A DNA stretch of 64,000 bases from NCBI GenBank assembly GCA_964461505.1, contig CAYWUW010000003.1, positions 37,680 to 101,679 on the forward strand, given 5' to 3'. The DNA is from an uncultured Candidatus Saccharibacteria bacterium. GTDB lineage: Bacteria > Patescibacteriota > Saccharimonadia > Saccharimonadales > HK-STAS-PATE-42. A program made the translations under genes and the position numbers. Positions 57,822-64,000 of the stretch are shown here, piece by piece. The notes under the pieces are model-generated. The model was not told the origin of the DNA. It did no database searches and saw nothing but the letters and a program-made list of their open reading frames with translations. The first letter of the stretch is position 1. The number at the start of each line of letters is the position of its first letter.

Positions 57822-57850
57822 ATACTAGCATACTAGTACGTTAGTGTCAA
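57822..57850 (-). promoter_or_regulatory. Promoter TTGACA-17-TAGTAT overlapped by a TrpR-operator-like palindrome
   Basis: Minus strand GTACTAGTATGCTAGTAT matches the E. coli trp operator GTACTAGTTAACTAGTAC at 14/18 positions with the same CTAG-N4-CTAG spacing. The ATG is 6 nt after the -10. Confidence 0.55.
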
Positions 57851-57893
57851 TACATTTCTAGATTTTTGTGATTATTTATTTGCTGTTCTTGAG

Positions 57894-59342
57894 TCAGATA
57901 CGTCGTATCTCGCGACCTTGACTATCTTTTTGGACTTTTGGAACTTTATTTTTGTCTCCAAATTTAAAGTCAAAATCTCTGATGAACTTTGGAACCGAAG
58001 TATCGCCTTCACGCATTGGTACGAATACCCGAAGCAGTGGATTCATTTCCCCGCTTAGTACCGGTATGCTAGTTTTCTTAACTTTGCCACTCTTAAGTGT
58101 TACTTCTGCTGGCACACTGCCGAGCATGAGCTTATCGAAGTAGACCTGTACAGATTCACGCATGTTACGGGCATTCTGCTGAGTACTTGGCTTTTCGGTT
58201 TGCTGGGTGGGTTCTTTAGGCTCTACTTTTGGAACATAGCCTTTTTTTATACGCTGTTCAACTAATTTCTTTAGGTCTTCTTCACTTTCGTAAGCCCTGA
58301 GGCTGCCTGACAGAAATCCGAGCCGGTAGCTCACGCCTGCACTCATGACTCGCCAGTTAGTGTCTTCGAGTACTTTTTCAATTGCCTTATGTAAAGTTTT
58401 CTTGCTTTGATATTCCTCGCGATCATCTTTGGTATCCAGACAGTTGAAGCTCAGTGTGACCTCACGGCCAAGCTGTGGGTCACCGAGCTTAAAGTCACTG
58501 TAACCGTTTTTGGTAAAGACTGGTTCAAGTAATTCTTTGAGCTGAGCAATTTTGAGTTTCTTAACTTGCTTAATGCCGTCATAGACATCGGCATGTTGAA
58601 CCTTATCTTCAACTGATGCATTGAGGTTAGCCAGACGTTCGAAGTGTTTGAGCTTCTGGTCATATCTAAACATCATGTCGCTTCCGAATATGAAGCGTTT
58701 GCGATCTAACTCTAAGTACGGGTCAACTGGTTCAGGTTCACTTTCAGTGTCGCTTAAATCTAGGGTTTCGGTTTTAATGTGCCCGCATTTCTCGCAGGTT
58801 TCAGTCCAGGTGATGATGTCCTGCTTTTTGGTGTGTTTTGAAATAGTTTTGCTACCACACTTTTCACACTCGCGTTTGGCGCCCTCCCATTCAGTGTCAT
58901 CTTCCCAAAGCGCCCTGCGTTTATTACAAGCTTCGCATTCGAACATTATGAGAATGTTATCTTCTTTATGATTATCACGGTGCAGGTAGTCTTTACTCAC
59001 CACTTTCATATCTTTACCGCAGGCTCGGCAGAATGTTCCACCTGCGATATGAGCTGAAGCAAGACGTTCATCTTTTTTCTGGTCTTCTGCCATCCACTTG
59101 GCAATAGTAGCTCCCCGATTTGCGGCTCGTTCGGCAGCGGCAGACTCAACAAACAAGAAGTAGTACTGGCTGTAGTGCAGATACCAACCTGTTAGCCTAT
59201 CTGTTAACTCCTTCTTGCCGAGCTTCTTCTCCATTGTAGTGAAAGTTTCGTTGACGAGGCTTTCACCTGATCGGCACTTGGAAACAGTGGCATCGTCATA
59301 ACGTTCTTCGTAATATTCACGACTTTTGAGATACGTGTACAT
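57894..59342 (-). CDS. Hypothetical protein with two CxxC...CxxC zinc-ribbon pairs
   Basis: FCRACG...CEACN...CEKCG...CEKCG. 482 aa. Confidence 0.55.
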   Translation of the reverse strand: MYTYLKSREYYEERYDDATVSKCRSGESLVNETFTTMEKKLGKKELTDRLTGWYLHYSQYYFLFVESAAAERAANRGATIAKWMAEDQKKDERLASAHIAGGTFCRACGKDMKVVSKDYLHRDNHKEDNILIMFECEACNKRRALWEDDTEWEGAKRECEKCGSKTISKHTKKQDIITWTETCEKCGHIKTETLDLSDTESEPEPVDPYLELDRKRFIFGSDMMFRYDQKLKHFERLANLNASVEDKVQHADVYDGIKQVKKLKIAQLKELLEPVFTKNGYSDFKLGDPQLGREVTLSFNCLDTKDDREEYQSKKTLHKAIEKVLEDTNWRVMSAGVSYRLGFLSGSLRAYESEEDLKKLVEQRIKKGYVPKVEPKEPTQQTEKPSTQQNARNMRESVQVYFDKLMLGSVPAEVTLKSGKVKKTSIPVLSGEMNPLLRVFVPMREGDTSVPKFIRDFDFKFGDKNKVPKVQKDSQGREIRRI

Positions 59343-59384
59343 ACATTAATGATAAGCCTGTTCACTATTTTTCAACACCATGTA

Positions 59385-59407
59385 CTAAAAAGGCCCTCCG
59401 TAGAGAG
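59385..59407 (-). terminator. Rho-independent terminator after the DUF2188-like gene
   Basis: Minus strand GGCUCUC-UACG-GAGGGCC followed by UUUUU. Confidence 0.5.
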
Positions 59408-59431
59408 CCCTTCTAACGCTACTGTTTGCGA

Positions 59432-59692
59432 TTACCCACGCGGTGGGAACGGATCATTACCGTAAGTTTCGCGTTCAGCAATAGTGCCGTCAGCGTTGTG
59501 AATTATTAGTTCACTCGGCTGGTTTGCCTGTGCTATGCGTCGTCCTTCTGCAATAGCGGTGGCCTTGAGGCTATAATTACCAAGAATTCTACCCTCAAAC
59601 TTTAGCTGCCAGTTAGTACCGATCGGGACTACATGAAACATTTTACGTGCCATATCTGTTTTAACAGTTCCTTTCCGCGGCGGAATTACCAC
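59432..59692 (-). CDS. DUF2188-like small protein
   Basis: FHVVP..WQLK.EG....Y..K..AI..GR.IA. pattern. The real start is probably an internal ATG (59653 or 59641). Confidence 0.6.
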   Translation of the reverse strand: MVIPPRKGTVKTDMARKMFHVVPIGTNWQLKFEGRILGNYSLKATAIAEGRRIAQANQPSELIIHNADGTIAERETYGNDPFPPRG

Positions 59693-59898
59693 TCAATGAT
59701 ATTGTGGTATCATAGGAACTATACAATTCGTTCAGGAACTTTTTGTATAAGGAAGCGCTGTACAGGCGCTTTTCCTATTTCTACCCTCAGGGTTCCTGCC
59801 CCGATTACCTCTAGAATACACCCATTTGTTGGTAATTGCAACATTGTACTGTGTCCCAGATTATTGTTTTTGCGTCCCAGCTATGTTACTATAGAACC

Positions 59899-60942
59899 AT
59901 GAAGGAACAAATGCGCAAAAAAAACATACTCAACCTCATTAAGTACTACGCCGAACACAATGACGCGGGCTTTCGTGATGAAGCGTATAATATTGCTCGC
60001 CTATTTGACCAGAGCGGAGATCCGCAATTGGCCGAATACATCATGGCCCTGCTCTCAGGCGCTAATACGTTCGTACCGCAAAACCATGAATATGAATCTC
60101 CCTATTTTCATAAGGTAAACCTGGCTGGTGATTCACTACCACTCCCCACCTCCATAAAGAACGACGTGTTCGGTGCGATCAGTGCGGTTAACCATCATGC
60201 TGGAATAAATAAATTTCTATTTGAAGGTGATCCCGGGACCGGAAAGACTGAAACCGCAAAGCAAATGGCACGCATATTAGAGCGTGACTTGTATTTGGTA
60301 GATTTTGATAGCGTTATTGATAGCAAGCTTGGCCAGACCTCCAAGAATATAGCATCAGTATTTCAAGAGATACGTGCTCTGCCTAATCCAGATAAGGCGA
60401 TAATTCTGTTTGACGAGATTGATGCTATCGCCCTAGACAGAGTTAACTCAAACGATCTGCGAGAAATGGGTCGCGTTACTTCTTCGGTTCTTAAAGGGCT
60501 CGATGGGCTAGGAGATACTGTCGTATTTATAGCAACTACCAACCTATTCGGTCAATTTGATAAGGCCTTGACGAGAAGATTTGATTCAATTATTAACTTT
60601 AACCGATATAGCAAAGATGAATTAATTGATGTAGCCGAAATAATCTTGAATGAGCTTCTGGGTAGGTTTAAGTTTGCCGGAAGGAGTATGCGCCTCTTTA
60701 GAAAAATCGTAGCAACTATGAAGCACATTCCCTACCCTGGTGAGATGAAGAACATAATCAAGACAGCTATTGCTTTTAGTGACCCCTCAAACGAGTATGA
60801 CTACCTTAAAAAGCTCTATGAAACCGTTCACGGTGGTGTCAGTGACCTGAAACAACTACAAGAAGAAGGCTTCACCATTCGGGAGATCGAAATTCTTACG
60901 GGAGTATCAAAGAGTAGAGTTGCCAGGGAGCTGCAGGAATAG
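59899..60942 (+). CDS. AAA+ ATPase (IetA-like)
   Basis: Walker A GDPGTGKTE, Walker B ILFDEIDAI. Directly followed by an S8 protease gene. Confidence 0.75.
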   Translation: MKEQMRKKNILNLIKYYAEHNDAGFRDEAYNIARLFDQSGDPQLAEYIMALLSGANTFVPQNHEYESPYFHKVNLAGDSLPLPTSIKNDVFGAISAVNHHAGINKFLFEGDPGTGKTETAKQMARILERDLYLVDFDSVIDSKLGQTSKNIASVFQEIRALPNPDKAIILFDEIDAIALDRVNSNDLREMGRVTSSVLKGLDGLGDTVVFIATTNLFGQFDKALTRRFDSIINFNRYSKDELIDVAEIILNELLGRFKFAGRSMRLFRKIVATMKHIPYPGEMKNIIKTAIAFSDPSNEYDYLKKLYETVHGGVSDLKQLQEEGFTIREIEILTGVSKSRVARELQE

Positions 60943-60945
60943 ATA

Positions 60946-63234
60946 ATGAACAATATACTGCAGCTTAAAGGCAACCTTAATAAGCGAAAAAGTGGTGGTA
61001 GACCTGGACCGCCAAACATGCCCAAAAGTAAAAGTGCGTCTGTCGATGCTAAGCACTTGGATAAACTTATTTCTGAGTTGAATACCTTGGGCGAATTCTG
61101 GCGAAAAGAGACTGTGATTGGTGGTGCGCTGGTGGACGTGCACTATATTACGGTCGTTGCGAAAAGCAATAGAATTAGCAGGATTTTTTATAATGGCGAG
61201 AATCAAAAATCTAATGACTCAATTGTGGGGGCTCATTTTGTTGATGCTGACACGTCAAAACCAAAACACGTGATTACTCACTATGTTACTGAGGCTATCA
61301 TTCAAGATTCTGTTGATAAGTTAGCCATTAGTAAGAAAGTTCTTAATGATGAGTTCGGCGGTACTATCAACCATGATGATATAAGCAAAATCAAAGATAA
61401 AAATATAAACTTCAAAAAGTATGGCATTAGCGAAAATGTCTTTTTGAATATAGTTGTTGATTCCCATTATGTCAGTAGTTTTGATATTCCTAGAAACAGC
61501 GCCAACGCCACAGGAGAGCAGTTAGTTACCATATATCGAACCGACGAGGACGCATCTGATATTCTCAGTAAGATCGGCATTGATACTCTGGGCAAGAACT
61601 TAAACAAAACTACTCTACTCTTGTATCCAGATGATGTAAAAACTTTGCAAGAAAAGGCCCCCTACTTGATAGCGATGGCGGTAGAAAATATCTCAGAGCT
61701 AGATCTAGAAGATATTGTTGGTAGCAGTAATAAAAGTCGGGAAACTCCATACATACCCACGCCGCAAAATGAACCAACAATTGGGGTTATTGATACATTG
61801 TTTGACGACAATGTGTACTTCTCTGAATGGGTTGAATATGTACCTATGGTAAGTTCTGAAATTATTGACCCGAAAGATCATAAAGATCCGGCAGATTACA
61901 GCCACGGAACTGCCGTAACTTCAATTATTGTTGATGGTCATAACATAAACCCAGATCTAAATGACGGCTGTGGCAGGTTCAAGGTCAAACATTTTGGCGT
62001 AGTTGGTAGTAAGCCTTTCAGTTCGTTCACCGTCATCAAGGACATACAGGAGATAGTGAAAAAGAACCCTAACATCAAAGTGTGGAACCTATCACTGGGA
62101 TCAACAAAGGAAGTTCATGGAAACTTTATCTCTCCTGAAGCGGCAGCATTAGATCAAATACAATGTGACAGCAATGTTATTTTTGTAGTTGCGGGCACCA
62201 ACAAGCCTGATGACCGCAAGGAGCCAATGCGTATAGGTGCACCAGCAGATTCAATAAACTCAATTGTAGTAAACTCTGTGAACAAATCTCGCGATCAAGC
62301 TTCCTATTCTAGAACAGGAAGAGTTCTTTCCTTTTTTAACAAACCAGACGTCAGCGCAATAGGTGGTGATGTCGGTGGTAACGACGAAAAGATACGCGTT
62401 TGTGAGCCAAATGGAGAGGCTTTCGTTTCAGGAACATCATTTGCAGCTCCATGGATAGCAAGAAAACTGGCCTATTTGATTGAAGTTTTGGGCCTGAGTC
62501 GCGAAGTCGCAAAAGCCTTAATTGTTGATGCTGCAGCAGACTGGGATGATACCGTAAACAATCAAGCTCTTGCTCCCTTAATTGGCCATGGTGTTGTACC
62601 AATAAAAATTGATGATATCGTGAAATCAAAAAACGACGAGATTAAGTTTATCATGAGCGGTACTTCAGAGTTGTACGATACCTACGCATATAACTTACCA
62701 GTACCCATAAACAAAGGTATGCACCCCTTCGTAGCAAAAGCTACTCTATGCTACATCCCCGAATGTTCTGCCAATCAAGGCGTTGACTACACAGACACAG
62801 AGCTAGATGTTTCTATAGGTAGAATCGCGAAGCTTAGAACTAAAGATGGTGTGCCACAATACGGCATAAATACTATTAATAAAAATGTGCAGACCGTAAG
62901 TGGCTCTTGGACCTTAGAAGGAGATGCCAGAAAGCTCTTCCGTAAATGGGATAACACGAAGCACATCCGTGAAAAGTTTGGAGATGACCTAAGACCCAGA
63001 AAGTCGTATGAAAGTGGAATGTGGGGAGTAAGCGTTAAGCGGAAAGAGCGTCTGGAGAAGAAAAAGCCTGTAAGATTTGGGCTAGTTGTTACTCTGAAAG
63101 AGGTAAATGGCGTTAATAGGATCAACGATTTTATACAGAAAGCCCGTCTAGCCAACTGGGTTGTTAGTGAAGTAAACGTAGACGCTCAAGTTGACATATA
63201 CCAGAAGCTCCAAGAAGAAGTTAAGTTCGAGTAA
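60946..63234 (+). CDS. Subtilisin-like S8 serine peptidase (IetS-like)
   Basis: Catalytic triad motifs IGVIDT (Asp), HGTAVTSII (His), GTSFAAPWIA (Ser). 762 aa. Confidence 0.8.
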   Translation: MNNILQLKGNLNKRKSGGRPGPPNMPKSKSASVDAKHLDKLISELNTLGEFWRKETVIGGALVDVHYITVVAKSNRISRIFYNGENQKSNDSIVGAHFVDADTSKPKHVITHYVTEAIIQDSVDKLAISKKVLNDEFGGTINHDDISKIKDKNINFKKYGISENVFLNIVVDSHYVSSFDIPRNSANATGEQLVTIYRTDEDASDILSKIGIDTLGKNLNKTTLLLYPDDVKTLQEKAPYLIAMAVENISELDLEDIVGSSNKSRETPYIPTPQNEPTIGVIDTLFDDNVYFSEWVEYVPMVSSEIIDPKDHKDPADYSHGTAVTSIIVDGHNINPDLNDGCGRFKVKHFGVVGSKPFSSFTVIKDIQEIVKKNPNIKVWNLSLGSTKEVHGNFISPEAAALDQIQCDSNVIFVVAGTNKPDDRKEPMRIGAPADSINSIVVNSVNKSRDQASYSRTGRVLSFFNKPDVSAIGGDVGGNDEKIRVCEPNGEAFVSGTSFAAPWIARKLAYLIEVLGLSREVAKALIVDAAADWDDTVNNQALAPLIGHGVVPIKIDDIVKSKNDEIKFIMSGTSELYDTYAYNLPVPINKGMHPFVAKATLCYIPECSANQGVDYTDTELDVSIGRIAKLRTKDGVPQYGINTINKNVQTVSGSWTLEGDARKLFRKWDNTKHIREKFGDDLRPRKSYESGMWGVSVKRKERLEKKKPVRFGLVVTLKEVNGVNRINDFIQKARLANWVVSEVNVDAQVDIYQKLQEEVKFE

Positions 63235-63241
63235 CGAGGTT

Positions 63242-63778
63242 ATGCCGACGCCAAAAGTTCAGAAAATATTAAAAAGACTCTTGCTTGACCCTGAGTTTCA
63301 AAAGCTGTGTGCCGAAGCACAGGCAGATCAGAAAAACCTGAAATTGTATGTTGCCCAGGCTCGTAAACAGTTTAATCTTTCACTGTACTGGGAGATTTTA
63401 CTGCAGCATATCCTAATGCTTGGAAAGTTTGACGAGAAAGTCCTGCATAGCGGACTTACAATTGACATCGAGCAAGACCCAGTTACTAAGCAGAATTATT
63501 ATAAGATTGCCGTCTATCCTGAGACTACTCAACGAGAGGTGATCGAAACATATGGCAGAATTACTAGATTCTATAAGCAGGCAGATCAAACAAGGAATGT
63601 CCGATCTGCGAAACGTGATGAGATTGATTACAGAGCTTTCAGCCTTCACCAAAATGGCAAGAGCTATAAAGAGATCGCCGATATTCTATCTAGCGAATCT
63701 GGAGAGAACGGTGATGTCTTCGAAGCCAGCGAAATACCAAATTTAATCAAAAGAGCGAAACAAAAGTCACTGCGTTAA
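63242..63778 (+). CDS. Hypothetical protein with a C-terminal HTH-like segment
   Basis: MPTPKVQ... start with GAGG upstream. ..GKSYKEIADILS.. resembles a sigma-70 region 4 / LuxR-type HTH. Confidence 0.45.
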   Translation: MPTPKVQKILKRLLLDPEFQKLCAEAQADQKNLKLYVAQARKQFNLSLYWEILLQHILMLGKFDEKVLHSGLTIDIEQDPVTKQNYYKIAVYPETTQREVIETYGRITRFYKQADQTRNVRSAKRDEIDYRAFSLHQNGKSYKEIADILSSESGENGDVFEASEIPNLIKRAKQKSLR

Positions 63779-63851
63779 GCGATATCAGTTAGCGCAGTGT
63801 AAGCTACTACGCTTTTTGTCACAATCCTTCTTATTAAACAAGGAGGATGGT

Positions 63852-64000
63852 ATGACGGAGATGGATATTAAACAAGTTAGTGTGGGCTCACTTAAGGCCA
63901 GCACCTATAACCCGAGAAAATGGGATCAATCGGCAACTGAGGGTTTGACCGAGAGTATCAAACGCTTCGGCTTAGTCGATCCCCTACTAGTCAACGGCTC
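63852..64000 (+). CDS. Second ParB-like nuclease domain protein (5' part only; runs off the right edge)
   Basis: AAGGAGG SD. MTEMDIKQVSVGSLKASTYNPRKWDQSATEGLTESIKRFGLVDPLLVNG parallels the N-terminus of the 47352 gene. Confidence 0.7.
   Translation, partial: MTEMDIKQVSVGSLKASTYNPRKWDQSATEGLTESIKRFGLVDPLLVNG

Larger units (their letters stand above)
54000..64000. mobile_element. Integrative element B, left part (Trp-regulated trpS2 operon, IetAS-like pair, second ParB-like gene); continues beyond the window
   Basis: Same cargo-then-ParB layout as element A. Almost no TAAGCTTA copies. Confidence 0.4.

Overview
The window looks like a small-genome, Patescibacteria/CPR-like bacterial chromosome (inferred from gene content, not proven). 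It has two parts.

Core (about 1-43.5 kb): housekeeping genes lemA, sbcB, fba, yidC, ruvC, rplK/rplA, gltX, typA, obg, trpS, tyrA, mgtE and mscL, plus three tRNAs.
- The palindromic word TAAGCTTA (TTAAGCTTAA) saturates the core at about one copy per 350-400 bp, including inside conserved genes.
- Families of short GTCATCC...GGATC hairpin repeats are scattered through it.
- One GIY-YIG nuclease gene sits between perfect 31-bp inverted copies of such a hairpin.
- Two short stretches that lack the word abut the 3' ends of tRNA genes.

Foreign DNA (about 43.5-64 kb): almost free of the word. It appears to be two tandem integrative elements, each with cargo followed by a ParB-methyltransferase backbone. 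Contents: type I R-M with a truncated hsdR, a large serine recombinase, and an IetAS-like AAA+ ATPase/S8 protease pair.

Most interesting is a compact tryptophan-controlled operon: a TrpR-family gene with a CTAG-type operator in its own promoter, a Trp-codon leader peptide with a terminator/antiterminator, an unknown 527-aa protein, a B3/4-like 200-aa protein and a second TrpRS. The core trpS also has a two-Trp leader-peptide attenuator.

No rRNA genes or CRISPR arrays were seen.
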